Shown here: in pieces, positions 10,113 through 21,444 of the stretch
How positions within the stretch are numbered: the first letter of the stretch is position 1
How the letters are laid out: every line of letters starts with the position of its first letter
The notes under the pieces: model-generated
The model's input: the letters and a program-made list of their open reading frames with translations, nothing else
Databases searched by the model: none
What the model was told of the DNA's origin: nothing
Made by a program: the position numbers and the translations under genes
Source: a virus
DNA length: 64,000 nucleotides
Strand: one strand, 5' to 3'
IMG/VR virus record: IMGVR_UViG_3300031227_000001
Location: 3,357 to 67,356 of that record

Positions 10113-10541
10113 ATGATGCTAGAGCTAACACCGGTTGAGGCAACGGATTTGAGCGGATGCGAGTTGAGCTTGTTTTATCAAGCGCAGGGAATGGCCGAGA
10201 AGCAAGCCGATCACAAAGTCCGGCGCATGGCAGAATGGATGACTGAAGAGACGTTTGGGGCAGCCGATCCCTGGTCGTGGATTAGCGCAGAGACAATGCA
10301 ATATCTGCCAATGGACGCGCTGATTAGGCTAGGTGATTTTTGTGGCGAGAGAATGCGGGCAAGCGATATCGGATCATTCAACATGCTTGCAAGCGCAGAA
10401 GCCGCTTTTTTCCTGGACAGGGTGACGTTCGCGGCCTACTATGCAGAATATCGCAAGGCCGCACGAGAGGCGGAGCGATGGGGCGAGCTGCAAGTACTTA
10501 CATGGAGAGCAAGGAGGAGGCATGATGAAGAGGGCAATTGA
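10113..10541 (+). CDS. Hypothetical early protein
   Basis: SD GGGAGG, 142 aa ORF. Confidence 0.55.
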   Translation: MMLELTPVEATDLSGCELSLFYQAQGMAEKQADHKVRRMAEWMTEETFGAADPWSWISAETMQYLPMDALIRLGDFCGERMRASDIGSFNMLASAEAAFFLDRVTFAAYYAEYRKAAREAERWGELQVLTWRARRRHDEEGN

Positions 10542-11032
10542 CACGGTAGGCGACTGGCGGTGTAACGATGGCACATGTATACAATTCTGGAAAGATGATA
10601 GCGGCCATTACTGGTATGGTATCTCTGGGTTCAACGAGCGCGGCTTTTACGAGAATCCTGACGAGGGGCCGTTTAGCACTCGAATCAAGGCGCGAACGGC
10701 TGCGGCGCAAGAGCCTGAATGGAAGGAGGAGGCATGATGCTATCTGAATATAATCCAAGTGGTCGTTCTGATTCGCCGGTTGACTCTGACCGGTGCAAGG
10801 CAAGCGTTCTTGATCACAGCTGGAGACGTCAGTGCAGTCGCAAAGTCTGGCGGGATGGGTGGTGTAAGCAGCATCATCCCGACACGATAGCAGAACGCCG
10901 ACGGATACGAGACCTGCGAGAGAAGCGACAGATCGACAACGATCCGAGGTTCTTGCTAGCTGACGCACTTGAGGAAATCGCAAGGCTGAAGGCGCGCGTC
11001 GCAGAGTTGGAAGCAAATCACGACAAGGAGGC

Positions 11033-11365
11033 ATGATTATGGACTACACGCGCAAGGAGGCGGCGGCCTATCTCAATATGAGCGAGCCGCTGCTGGAGAA
11101 GATACTCTACCAGACCCGCGCGCTAAAGCCGTCGTACTATGTAGAGCGAGCGCCGATGTTCACTCAGGAGTCGTTAGATGCTCTACTGGCAGAGCGTGAC
11201 CATTCGGGGCTTTGCAATGCCAGCGAGGTAGCACGGATGTTGGGGCTATCGCGTCAGGCCATATCGCAACGGATACGGGACGGCAAGTTAGTGCCGGATA
11301 TGGTCGAGAATCGAGGGCCTAATATTCGTGCCAGGCGCTGGTTCAGAGTAGAGAGGTTCACATGA
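11033..11365 (+). CDS. Tandem helix-turn-helix DNA-binding protein
   Basis: YTRKEAAAYLNMS and NASEVARMLGLSRQAISQRIRDG, excisionase-like HTHs. Confidence 0.75.
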   Translation: MIMDYTRKEAAAYLNMSEPLLEKILYQTRALKPSYYVERAPMFTQESLDALLAERDHSGLCNASEVARMLGLSRQAISQRIRDGKLVPDMVENRGPNIRARRWFRVERFT

Positions 11366-11710
11366 AGCGACTATTGGCCGCTATCTCGTTTGACATGTTC
11401 TTTGCGATGATTGCGCTTTTATTCCTAGGCACTTTGCCTGTTACAGCGGGCTGGATCGTGGCGTCGGCGGTGATGCTTATTATAGCTATATTTGCAAGCG
11501 TGGAAGGGAGAGGCAGATGAACGCAAAAACGTGTAGGGAATTAGGAGTGCTTTGGGGCATGGCTGTTCCTGTTCTATTGATCTTGTATTCGTGCGAATTA
11601 TTGCCCGCCCAGGAAGCATATGAGGGAATGGCAGTATGCGCATTCTTTTGCATTAAGTGGCTTTTGCTTGCTATTGCTAAAGAGCCTGGCGTGCGCCAGT
11701 TGACATAAAC

Positions 11711-11806
11711 CATACGCAATCAAGCTCTGGCAAATCATCGAAATATCGTCATTCTGGCACGATTCCCCTTGACATTCCATATGGGATATGCTATACTTAT
11801 GAATGT
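11711..11806 (+). promoter_or_regulatory. Early promoter repeat copy 2
   Basis: TTGACA(11769)-17-TATACT(11792); ~95 bp similar to 9074-9173. Confidence 0.85.
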
Positions 11807-11839
11807 AAACGAGTGGCAGATTAGAGAGGAGAAATCGAG

Positions 11840-12238
11840 ATGACGAAAACATACAGTGCGCACATGGTACATGGCGAATACATGAGCGGTTGGAGACCAG
11901 CGGATAGCGACCAAGCCAAACAATTGAAGGGGCTGGGGCTTGCTCATTACATGAGCGGCTGGGGAATGCACATCCACGATAGCGTCATTAAAGAGTTGAC
12001 CAATGGCGCGGCCCCTACTACAGAGGGTGCGACGGTCGAATTTTCTCAGGATGACGTAGATCGCGTTGCCGACCTAATCAAGACCATCCGCGAACGACGC
12101 GAGGCAAAGCGCGCTAAAATCCGCATGATCGAATGCGACTGTGGACATACAGTGCCGGAAAATGAGGTAATGCGCGCATCGCTGGGGACGGCATGTTTTG
12201 ACTGCTATGATCGAATGAGTGACGAGGATGAGTGGTAG
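11840..12238 (+). CDS. Hypothetical protein with C-terminal Zn-ribbon-like motif
   Basis: CDCG...CFDC; SD GAGGAG. Confidence 0.55.
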   Translation: MTKTYSAHMVHGEYMSGWRPADSDQAKQLKGLGLAHYMSGWGMHIHDSVIKELTNGAAPTTEGATVEFSQDDVDRVADLIKTIRERREAKRAKIRMIECDCGHTVPENEVMRASLGTACFDCYDRMSDEDEW

Positions 12239-12503
12239 ACAAAGGAGAGATGATGATGACCTATGCTGAAATGGCAAATGCAAACCGCCACGCGCCAGAA
12301 GAGCCGGAACGAGTGTTAGAGCTTACCGGCGCAAAGTCCGTAACTGAGCTGGTGGAATGGTTCGGCGGAATGAACGACGAGGAAATAGCACGGATATGTG
12401 ACGACATCTGGCCAGATGAGGACAATATGGAACTGGCGGGCAGGGTATCGAGCGTCGTAGCGGATGCTGATGAAATCCGCGCAAACTGGCCGCTATATTA
12501 CAG

Positions 12504-12561
12504 CTAGCGGATCAGGGGCGGGGATAGCCCTCGCCCTGGGCACACTAGACATACAGGAGGG
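12504..12561 (+). repeat. Intergenic hairpin repeat copy 3
   Basis: CTAGCGGATCAGGGGCGGGGATAGCCCTCGCCCTGGGCACACTAGACATACAGGAGGG. Confidence 0.85.
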
Positions 12562-14051
12562 CAGCATGAAACTCTACCGGATAGGATTCATTGTGAACGG
12601 GGAGCGGTTGCACTGGACGCGGTGGGCGGATAACCTGAGCGATGCTTGGCGAGGCGCAGAGCGGGCTCTGTGTGAGGAGTATTGTGGAGATGCAGAGCTC
12701 AAAGCAGTTGAGTATGTTTGTGACTATAAGGGGGCATGATGGACGAAATGAAACGAGCGATCGAGGCGGTCTGGCCGCTGGACGAGCCGCTGATACTCAA
12801 AGATGTGTCTACCGCGACGGATAGCGCAACTGCTATCAGCATCAATGATACCATCGTGATCGAGTGGGATGATAGCGGCTATGGCATATCGAACTGGCAG
12901 ACCGAGAAGGTAGTCGCGTTCGGCAAGTTTAGGCCAGACGAGGTAGTGGTACAGGCGATAACGGCCTACGTCAAGTATAGCGTGCTCGAGGACTTGGGGC
13001 GCTATATGGATGCGGAAGCAGAGAAGGCGATAGATGGCGACTTGGCAGAATTTGAGGAAGAAATATCTAAGAGGGGGGCAATGTGAAGAAGTGGAAGAGC
13101 GAGATACCTAACGAGATGACTGAGGACTGGCTGCGGGCTGTCGAGGCTTGCCTTGCAGAGCATCGCGAGGCTATTGACGAATTGGCGCGCGGGCGTGACA
13201 CGGGGCCGCTTGACATGCCAGCACCGTCGGAAGGCTTTGATGACGTCGAGCAAGAGCTTAACTATCTGCGGCCAACCCTTGGCGCCTATCGCAAAAACAA
13301 CGCCAGGCAAGAGACCCGCATCCAAGAGCTAGAGGCCGAGGTCGCCACAAGCAATGAGCTTCTGTCCGAGATCAACGCCTTGCTCATTGGGCCTATCCCG
13401 GGCGTTACGGAGGACAGCGAGGCGTGGAGGATGATTAAGGATATGGCAGAGACATATAGGCATAAGATCGAGGAGGCGCTAGGGGGTAAAGAGCCATGAC
13501 AAAAACATTTGTACTATTCCCGGTCATCGTGCTATTCCTTGTGGCCCTGCTCTTGCTATCGGCCATGCCTGCTACTATGCCCACGTCGAAGCCAGTTGAC
13601 GAGGATAGTCTGTGGGCGACCTCGATTGATCTGGACTGCAAAAAGGCCGAGGGCGCAACGGGCTATGTGCTGGGTTATCAAGTGCGCGGTCACGGCAATG
13701 TCACGGCTAGGCCACACGCAACGCAGAAGCATGGCACGGACATATACAAAGTGCGGCAGGAGCTATCGCGACGCGGGCCAGATCGAAAGCAAGATTGCCC
13801 TCCGTCGGATCGTGTTATTATGGCTATTGAAGTGGCTGGCAAATGGTTCGTTAGCATCTATGGCAGGACGTCACATCTGGAATTGACATGCTTTCAGGTG
13901 CGCACTAAGGACTTCGGGCGCCGGTGGCGCAAGCTCTTAGAGATGAACGAATGTTTCGATGACGGCAACTCTCGCAGGGCGTGGTAGATCGTCAATAATT
14001 TGTGGGTTAATTTTGAGCAAAAGTATGCTATAATGGTACATATAGGAGGGG

Positions 14052-14810
14052 ATGATGCTATACAAGGTATTGAATGCTGATCTAACACCGGCACACGGGG
14101 GATCGTTTGACTATGCTCCATATGCCAAGTCCGGTAAATGGACACCAGGGATCACGAACGTCTGTATTTGCGAACGCGGTTATCATCTAACTACAGACCC
14201 GCTAAAGTGGTTGGCGGTTGGGATGCGAGTATTTAAGGCGCAGGGGCGTGGCGCAAGCTCCACCAACGACGACAAAAACGCCTTTGCGTCTATACGCCTC
14301 TTGGAGGAAAGGCCAGATCACGTGCCAAAATACTGGCACGATGTAGAAAACTTTGTAGCGAGCATTGCCGCTGTGCCATGGTTCATAAATGGCGAGGCGT
14401 TACCAGAGTGGCGGGTATTTGAGACAAGGGCCGCCACAAGGGCCGCCACAAGGGCCGCCACAAGGGACGCCACAAGGGCCGCCACATACGCCGCCACAAG
14501 GGCCGCCACATGGGCCGCCACATGGGCCGCCACATGGGGCGCCACAAGGGCCGCCACAAGGGCTGCCACATACGACGCCACATACGACGCCACACACGAC
14601 GCCACATGGGCCGCCACATGGGCCGCCACATGGGACGCCACATGGGATGCCACAAGGGCCGCCACACTTCTAGCCCGCGTGTTGGTTGTGGCCGCCACAA
14701 TTGACAAGCAGCACCCGGAACACGCCAAGGCGCGTTGGGATGTTTGGAAGCGCGGGTATGGACTGTACTGCGACGTTGAGGGTGTGCTGTATGTATACAA
14801 GCAACCGTAG
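14052..14810 (+). CDS. Phage protein with tetrapeptide (AAT-R/W/Y) repeats
   Basis: ~20 tandem in-frame 12-bp units at 14424-14667; CERGYH N-terminal motif; extended -10 TGCTATAAT at 14026. Confidence 0.7.
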   Translation: MMLYKVLNADLTPAHGGSFDYAPYAKSGKWTPGITNVCICERGYHLTTDPLKWLAVGMRVFKAQGRGASSTNDDKNAFASIRLLEERPDHVPKYWHDVENFVASIAAVPWFINGEALPEWRVFETRAATRAATRAATRDATRAATYAATRAATWAATWAATWGATRAATRAATYDATYDATHDATWAATWAATWDATWDATRAATLLARVLVVAATIDKQHPEHAKARWDVWKRGYGLYCDVEGVLYVYKQP

Positions 14811-15653
14811 GAGGGAATGACATGAAGTGGGGCGGTAGCGAGGAGCGCAAGCCGAACACGGCGGGGCTAGTGGCAGGCGTGGCGGCGATACTGGTTATTC
14901 TGGGCGGGCTGGCTCTGCTGGGGAGCTATGGCTGGGTATTGGTGGCGCCATGATAGTCTTGCTATTCGTCTTGTGGCTGGCACTGATCGTGGCGGCGGGG
15001 CTAGATGAACTCATCTGGGGGAAGGTATAATATGGAACACGTAACGGGTGACATCAAGGAATTGCAAGCGGCCATGTTTGTGCTGATGACTGAGAACAAA
15101 CGACTAGAGGTCCGTCTATTGGCGGCAGAGGAGACTATCCGCGACTTGGTATCGTTGAGCGGCGAGCTGCGAGATATGGTAGTGGAGGTGGAGCGGGCAG
15201 AGGTGACGGCGCGTTGATCAGATGGGACTGTGGAGGGACTAGCATGGAATGGACACGCCGCGATACTTTGGACTAGCTGGCGGCAAGGAACTCAGACGAT
15301 GCGATGGGTGTTATTTTTGAGGTAGCAGATCGGAGGGGGCATGATGAGCAAAGAACAGGACTTTTTCAAGAGACAGATCGAGGCAGTATGGCCGTTCAGC
15401 AGACCGCCGGTTATAACGTGCCCGCCTATCAAGGTCAAGCGGAGTGGCTCCGTTGTAATAAACGAAACGATTGCCATCAAGTGGAGATGCCGTGACTACT
15501 GTATCGTAAACTTGCGGACGAAACAGTCGCGGTTGGGGGCATATAAGCGCGAATTGGAACTAATAGCGCGGGCCATTGGTATGTATGCTGAATATCTAGC
15601 GCGAACGGGACTGGCAGAAATAGTGGTGACAGAGTAACGTATAGGAGGGAACG

Positions 15654-16649
15654 ATGATGTTAGAACAGAAACAGTTAGCAGCGCTACAGGCGTTTTTCCC
15701 AGAGAAGACTATCCAATGGAAGCCGGGGCCGATGGCGAGCGGCAAGACGCTGGCGATGCCGTATCTTGAGGCACGCGATGTTATGCGGCGACTCGATGAG
15801 GCGGTGAATGGCAACTGGGAATTTGACTGGGAGCCGATCGGCAATGAGGTAAAAGGAACACTTACGGTTTGTGGCATGACGCGCTGTGACGTAGGCGAGA
15901 AGGGTAGCCCCCCCTACGGGGACACTACCAAGGCCGCCGTGAGCGATGCGCTCAAACGGTGCGGGGTACACTTTGGCATTGGCCGGTATCTGTACTATGT
16001 CGATCCGCAATGGGTGGCCTATGATGAGGCTAAAAAGAGGATTACGGAAACGCCGCGCTTGCCCAAGTGGGCTATCCCTACAGAGGATACTACAGAGACC
16101 GCGAAGGCCCACTGGTCAGCCGATCCCGAGACGATTATCAAGGCCAAGGCCAGGGCGGCCAACGATCTCTCGATGGAGGGCCGGGACGTTGATCGGCTGA
16201 TTCCCGACTGGACAATCTATGCAACAAAAAAGACTGCCTGGGCGTATCTGAAGCAACACGCGGGCCCGCCAGAAGAGCAGCAAGAGGCCAAACAAGAGAC
16301 AGATGCCCTTGAGACTCTGCGCACCAAGATACGCAAAGACGCCCTAAACGACGAGACGCCTGCAGAAGAGGGCCATCGCGGTAAAGCGCAAGGTTCTATT
16401 GAGGCGCTTTTTGTCAACATCAAGGACAAGGACGTCAAGACCAATATGCGCCACCTGCTAACGGGCTGGATGATCGATAAGCCGTCTAGCAGGGGCGACA
16501 ATGGCTGGACTCGCGGCGAATGTTACCAGCTTATCACGTGGGCGGCTAGTCAAGACGGTAGCGCCCCACGCGCCGAGGCTATAGCACAGGCGCAACAGAT
16601 TGTTGAACGGGTAGAGACCGAGGCGGGCCAGCAAAAGTTGGAGGTATAG
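15654..16649 (+). CDS. Rad52/Rad22-family (Sak-like) single-strand annealing protein
   Basis: YLEARDVMRRLDE...KAAVSDALKRCGVHFGIGRYLY. Confidence 0.85.
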   Translation: MMLEQKQLAALQAFFPEKTIQWKPGPMASGKTLAMPYLEARDVMRRLDEAVNGNWEFDWEPIGNEVKGTLTVCGMTRCDVGEKGSPPYGDTTKAAVSDALKRCGVHFGIGRYLYYVDPQWVAYDEAKKRITETPRLPKWAIPTEDTTETAKAHWSADPETIIKAKARAANDLSMEGRDVDRLIPDWTIYATKKTAWAYLKQHAGPPEEQQEAKQETDALETLRTKIRKDALNDETPAEEGHRGKAQGSIEALFVNIKDKDVKTNMRHLLTGWMIDKPSSRGDNGWTRGECYQLITWAASQDGSAPRAEAIAQAQQIVERVETEAGQQKLEV

Positions 16650-17327
16650 CATGAAGATGATACTAAGGGGAGGAGTAGCATGAGCCGTAAAGACTATCTA
16701 CAGAGCCTAACGTACTACAAGCCAGAGGATACGTTCGACGCCCTGATCATGGCCGCTATAGAGAAAGCGGAAGGGAATCCCCTGGAGAGACTAGAAAGAG
16801 CGTGGAGGGAGTTCCTCGAGGAAATCGAGAAGCGCACCCGGAGCGACGACGGCTACCTTCCTGGCGAGGTACACGACGAGGACTTGACGCCAGCATCGAA
16901 TGATGATACAGACCCGTTTGCCGAGCGTCAAGCGGAACGGGATACGGCCCCGCCAGCTAGTGTAGCACGCCGCGAGGATATGCCGGGATATAGGTAGAAG
17001 GAGGTCACGGATGAATCGCTTCTGGAAATGGATAACCACGAATCGGGGGCGCGGCATTAATCTTGGCCCATTCACCTTTGAGATAGGCTGTGGCGAGGCC
17101 TGGGGACATTGGGGAGTAGGCGGTGATCTATTCAGATATGAAGCCGACGTTTGTCTGCTCGTGATATTCGAGATACGGATATTACTGTTTGGCTGCAACT
17201 TGCACGTCTGCGCACAATAGGAGGTAGACAATGCACCAAGCAGGAACAAATGAACCGTCAGCCATGATCCCGGGCCCGTTCGAGACGCTAGACGGCGGGC
17301 CGGGGCACACTAGAAGGAGGAAGATCA

Positions 17328-17585
17328 ATGAGCTACAGAAAGGGCAGTAGGGAGCTAAGAGACAGGGCCGACTCTCTCTCGTGGGGAGAGGCCAAGGGCA
17401 TTTTGGCTGCTGCAAAGGCCAACGGGCTGCAGGGCCCGGCAAAGATAAACCCCGGGCTGACGAAACAGCAGGCATACGACTGTCTTGTTGAGCCGCCAGC
17501 GCGAGTGCGCAACGATAGCGACCTGATGAGCATAACCGGCGGCGGCCACCTTGTAGCACAGAATATCTTGCGTGAGTTTGGCTAA
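17328..17585 (+). CDS. Hypothetical protein, paralogue of 21187-21444
   Basis: MSYRKGSRELR...LVAQNILREFG conserved in both copies. Confidence 0.75.
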   Translation: MSYRKGSRELRDRADSLSWGEAKGILAAAKANGLQGPAKINPGLTKQQAYDCLVEPPARVRNDSDLMSITGGGHLVAQNILREFG

Positions 17586-17621
17586 AGTATGACGCGCCTA
17601 ACAAGGGGCGGGTCGGGGAAA

Positions 17622-17637
17622 GTAACGCCGGCGTGAC
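17622..17637 (+). promoter_or_regulatory. Pseudo-palindromic 16-bp site GTAACGCCGGCGTGAC (9 copies in window)
   Basis: Copies (0-1 mismatch) at 17622, 21158, 21448, 21647, 29641, 35755, 37213 (+) and 32773, 50173 (-). Confidence 0.85.
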
Positions 17638-18553
17638 ATAGGAGGATAATGATGGATGATCGACTGAACGAACTAGCATTGATCGAGTGGTATAAGCTAA
17701 CCGGAAGCAACAAGGAGTGGCCCGACTTTGATAGTGCGCATAAGCTAGACAATGCTATGGCGCTAGTCAAGGCCGTGCTAGACTGGCGGGATATACGTGG
17801 CGAATATCAGTGGGTGTTCGAGCTCAAGAGCCCGTCACAAATTCATCATCATGCAGCATGGCCGGTACGTTGGTACGCTGGCTTTTACCCCAACAATCAA
17901 GATGACGCTGCCGCCTATGGCGACACGCCTGCCGAGGCCATAACTAAAGCCTTTTTGTGCCTGCGCGGTGTAGACTATGCCTGACGATACTCTGTACTCT
18001 GTAAATGGCGAGCTTCCATATGTGCGCAAGCTGGGCCCTGGCAGTTGGAAGGGCTGGGTGATGTGCGAGGTCATTGTAGGGGGCACTATCGGCAAGGGCT
18101 TTTGGGAGGCTGGGACGACGGTACAAATTGTGGAACAACATTTGGAGGAGGTGAACGATGAAACGCTTCATGAATTGGCTGACAAAGAATAGGCGACTGG
18201 CTTCTGTCTTACTAGGCCCACTAACTGCAGAGCTAGGATGGGGCGAGGGCTGGGGCAACTGGGGCGTGAAGATCGAGGTACTTGCCCTAGAGCCTGGGAT
18301 ACGGATACTGACCATATTCCAGATCAGCGTGCTCTTGCTGGGCTTTGGCATTTACGTTGATTTGCCAGAGAAGAAACATGACACCAACCAACGATGATCC
18401 GCCAGGAGGTTGCATCTGGAGCGTGGCAGCGGCCTTTGCCCTCATGGTCGGGTTGGCCTTTGGCGCGCTGCTAGGCCCCGTGATAGGCGCGGGGCTGGGG
18501 ATTTGCGCGGGAGCTATCATTATAGCAGTGAATATAAAGAGGTAGAAGCTATC

Positions 18554-18883
18554 ATGGCGATGGTGTCGGTGGCGGAATTCGCTAAACTCTTGGGGGTGCA
18601 TCATAGTAGTGTAGATGCGGCGTGTGTAGCGGGCAAACTTCCCGGCGCTATACGAGACTCGCGCCACCACTGGCGCATTCCCAAGAAACTGGCGGGGAGC
18701 TGTACAGTGGTTAAAGTAGGACGCCTAAAGCGTGTCGAGTGGCCGACCGAGATACCAGACATAGAGGACGAGCCAACGGATAGGTGTAGGCTTTGTGGGA
18801 TTCTATTCGGCGAGGGCGTTGGCTGTGAGTCTAGCGATGATCCGACTATATGTAAAGACTGCAAAGATAGGGAGCTGGAATGA
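18554..18883 (+). CDS. HTH DNA-binding protein with C-terminal Cys cluster
   Basis: VSVAEFAKLLGVHHSSV..G.LPGA....WRIP; CRLC..C..CKDC. Confidence 0.65.
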   Translation: MAMVSVAEFAKLLGVHHSSVDAACVAGKLPGAIRDSRHHWRIPKKLAGSCTVVKVGRLKRVEWPTEIPDIEDEPTDRCRLCGILFGEGVGCESSDDPTICKDCKDRELE

Positions 18884-19251
18884 TTGTCTATCTGTCGGGC
18901 GGGATGCGTTCTGGCTGGCGTGATAAGGTCAAGAGCGCGTTGCCGCAAGTACAATTTCTTGATCCTGCCGAGCACGGCCTGAAAGAGCCAGACCAATATA
19001 CGGCATGGGACTTGGCTGCTATTCGCAAATGCGATGTGGTGTTTGTGTACTTTGAGGCTACCAACCCGTCGGGGTTTGGCTTATCACTAGAGATTGGCTA
19101 TGCGCGCGCGCTTGGCAAGGTTGCAATATTGATCGATGAGCAATCAGACAATGACCAGCACAACATTCTGCGCGCCACAAGCGACTGTACGGCTTTGACC
19201 TTGCAGGAAGGTATCGAATGGCTACGGTCTATGCAGGCGTGCTATGTTTAG
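18880..19251 (+). CDS. Nucleoside 2-deoxyribosyltransferase-like protein
   Basis: VYLSGGM...WD..AIRKCD...GLSLEIGYA. Confidence 0.75.
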   Translation: MIVYLSGGMRSGWRDKVKSALPQVQFLDPAEHGLKEPDQYTAWDLAAIRKCDVVFVYFEATNPSGFGLSLEIGYARALGKVAILIDEQSDNDQHNILRATSDCTALTLQEGIEWLRSMQACYV

Positions 19252-19957
19252 CCTAGACGATAACGCCATTATCAGCTATGGTGGCGGGGTGAACTCAACG
19301 GCCATGGCGCTCTTGCTAGTGGATATGTCCTGGTGCGGTCGAATCATCTTTGCTGATACCGGCGCAGAATGGCCTGATACCTACGAATATATAGACTACT
19401 TCGAGCACGAATGGCTACAGTCGCGAGAGCTACATATTGAGCGGATAGGCGCAGATTGGCGTATTGAAAACAAAAGGCGCGGCTTGCTCGAATACTGCGA
19501 ATGGCGCTTAGTTATACCTCTTGTGCATCGGCGGTGGTGTACTGTTGAATATAAGGTCAAGCCAATAAATCGCTGGTGTAAGGAGAACAATGTTACCACG
19601 CAATATATTGGTATCGCCGCTGATGAGGCGTACCGCCAGCCAGGCGCAATTCGACCTCTATGCGACTTGAACATTACGCGCGCAGGTTGTATCAAGATTA
19701 TCAAAGAGCACGGCTTGAATGTGCCACCTCGCAGCAAGTGTATTTGTTGCCCAATGCAGAGCAACGCTGAATGGCGGCGGCTATGGCAAGAACATCCTGA
19801 TGTCTTTGCGCGGTGTGAGCGATTAGAGCAAAATGTTCAGCGGGCCAAGGGCGCAACATGGTCTGGCGTGGCAACACTTGACGCTAGCGGCAAAACCACA
19901 CTGGCGATGCGACGTGATGGGTACGAACGACAAATATCGATGGAGGGATTAGAATGA
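19244..19957 (+). CDS. PAPS reductase-family (PP-loop) protein
   Basis: SYGGGVNS, FADTGAE, RWCT..YK..P, CICCP. Confidence 0.8.
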   Translation: MFSLDDNAIISYGGGVNSTAMALLLVDMSWCGRIIFADTGAEWPDTYEYIDYFEHEWLQSRELHIERIGADWRIENKRRGLLEYCEWRLVIPLVHRRWCTVEYKVKPINRWCKENNVTTQYIGIAADEAYRQPGAIRPLCDLNITRAGCIKIIKEHGLNVPPRSKCICCPMQSNAEWRRLWQEHPDVFARCERLEQNVQRAKGATWSGVATLDASGKTTLAMRRDGYERQISMEGLE

Positions 19958-20395
19958 TTACATATGCTCACAGGGGCCGCATAACGGTAGCTGTTATAGA
20001 TGATACTGGCATGGAACGCGAGTACGCCGTGCTGCAACTTGACGAGGAGCTAGCCATAAAGTGCAAATGCGATGCAATGCGAGCGGCCAATAAGGGCACG
20101 CTAGAGATATTCGAGGAGGGAATGTGGCGGTACGCGGCAAATGGGTTTGAGCATGGGCCGTTAAGTCCGGAAGCAAGGGAGGCACAGTGCGAAATAAAAT
20201 AGCTAGAGCCTACTATGCCAGGTGTCGCGATATTTACCGATTCGCCGAGACTGACCAAGATCAGTATCTCTACGAGGCGCACGTCCGAGCACTAAAAGCT
20301 ATCCGGCGCAGGCATAGCAAGAAGCTGCTCACGAGACACCTACACCAGATACGTCCTATTCTACAGCGCATTCAAGAGAAAGCGTTCGATAATGC

Positions 20396-20546
20396 TTGAC
20401 ATTGCAGAGAAAATATGGTAAGATAGGAACGTAAGAGAAGCGTCATTATCGTTGCAAGGAGATATTTTCATAATGTGGATTAGCCCCAGAGCACAGGCGA
20501 TAGCTTCTCTTACAAGCAGCGTCTCCTTATGTGCTTTGGGGCTTTC
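20396..20546 (+). promoter_or_regulatory. sigma70 promoter + A-B-A'-B' structured leader
   Basis: TTGACA(20396)-17-TAAGAT; A 20431-41/A' 20503-13; B 20482-95/B' 20530-43. Confidence 0.7.
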
Positions 20547-20552
20547 CGATAT

Positions 20553-20626
20553 GGCGGTGCGAGCCTGACGGATTCAGGCAAGCGGAATACCCGCTTGAGG
20601 GCCGGTGTCAAATCCAGCCACCGCCA
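20553..20626 (+). ncRNA. tRNA-like cloverleaf RNA (non-canonical), family with 34999 and 35322
   Basis: GGCGGTG/CACCGCC-A closing stem, GCCTGA/TCAGGC arm, AAGCGG/CCGCTT arm, GCCGG-TGTCAAAT-CCAGC T-like arm. Confidence 0.6.
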
Positions 20627-20720
20627 CTGAGCAAATTCATAACAGGAGGAGAACGATGATACCGACAATTCTTATGGCAACACCTATAACTGTTCTATTA
20701 ATCTCGGCAGGAGGACAATT

Positions 20721-21155
20721 GTGTACGCACAAACGACTATCGTAGGCAGACTTGGAGCAGATCCAAAAGAGGCATTCTTGCCAGACGGCACGGCGGTTAC
20801 CACATTCTCGGTGGCTACAGACCGCTCTTGGACAAAGGACGGCGAGAAGCAAAAGCGCACGACATGGTATAGAGTCTCAGCTTTTAGGCGTCTCGCAGAA
20901 ACGGTAGCTCAATATCTGTCCAAAGGCAAACTCGTCCTGGTAGTTGGCTCTTTAACAGAGCCCAAACCATATCAGGGCAAGGATGGGGAATGGCGAGCAA
21001 GTCTGTCGCTTACCGCCGACACGGTAAAATTCCTAAGTCCCCGTAGCGATGCTGCCACGGCTCAGCCCGCAGAGGGATACGCAGAGAAACCGGAAGTGGT
21101 CGCAGCCAAGAGAGCGGCTGAGGGTGATGATCTTGGGGAAGACTTGCCGTTCTGA
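20721..21155 (+). CDS. ssb: Single-stranded DNA-binding protein
   Basis: IVGRLGADP, FSVAT, YLSKGKLVLV, acidic C-terminal DLPF. Confidence 0.92.
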   Translation: MYAQTTIVGRLGADPKEAFLPDGTAVTTFSVATDRSWTKDGEKQKRTTWYRVSAFRRLAETVAQYLSKGKLVLVVGSLTEPKPYQGKDGEWRASLSLTADTVKFLSPRSDAATAQPAEGYAEKPEVVAAKRAAEGDDLGEDLPF

Positions 21156-21186
21156 GTGTAACGCCGGCCTGACAAGGAGGATAACG

Positions 21187-21444
21187 ATGGGCTACAGAAA
21201 AGGCAGTAGGGAACTAAGAGAGAAGGCTGATCAGCTTACGTGGGGAGAAGCCAAGAGTATTTTGGCTGCCGCAAAAGCCAAGGGGTTGCACGGCAAATCG
21301 AAGCTAAATCCTCAGCTGACGAAACAACAGGTATACGACTTGTTTAGCGAGCCTCCGGCGCGAGTGCATAGCGATAGCGATTTGTTAGGCAAAACTGACG
21401 GTGGTTATCTGGTGGCGCAGAATATCTTGCGCGAGTTTGGCTGA
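21187..21444 (+). CDS. Hypothetical protein, paralogue of 17328-17585
   Basis: Sequence similarity; SD AAGGAGG; flanked by 16-bp sites. Confidence 0.75.
   Translation: MGYRKGSRELREKADQLTWGEAKSILAAAKAKGLHGKSKLNPQLTKQQVYDLFSEPPARVHSDSDLLGKTDGGYLVAQNILREFG

Noticed and set aside
14424-14667. Tandem 12-bp GCCACA-rich repeats as CRISPR or guide array
   Set aside because: The period is a multiple of 3, in frame within a well-formed ORF (AAT-R/W/Y repeats), with no unique spacers
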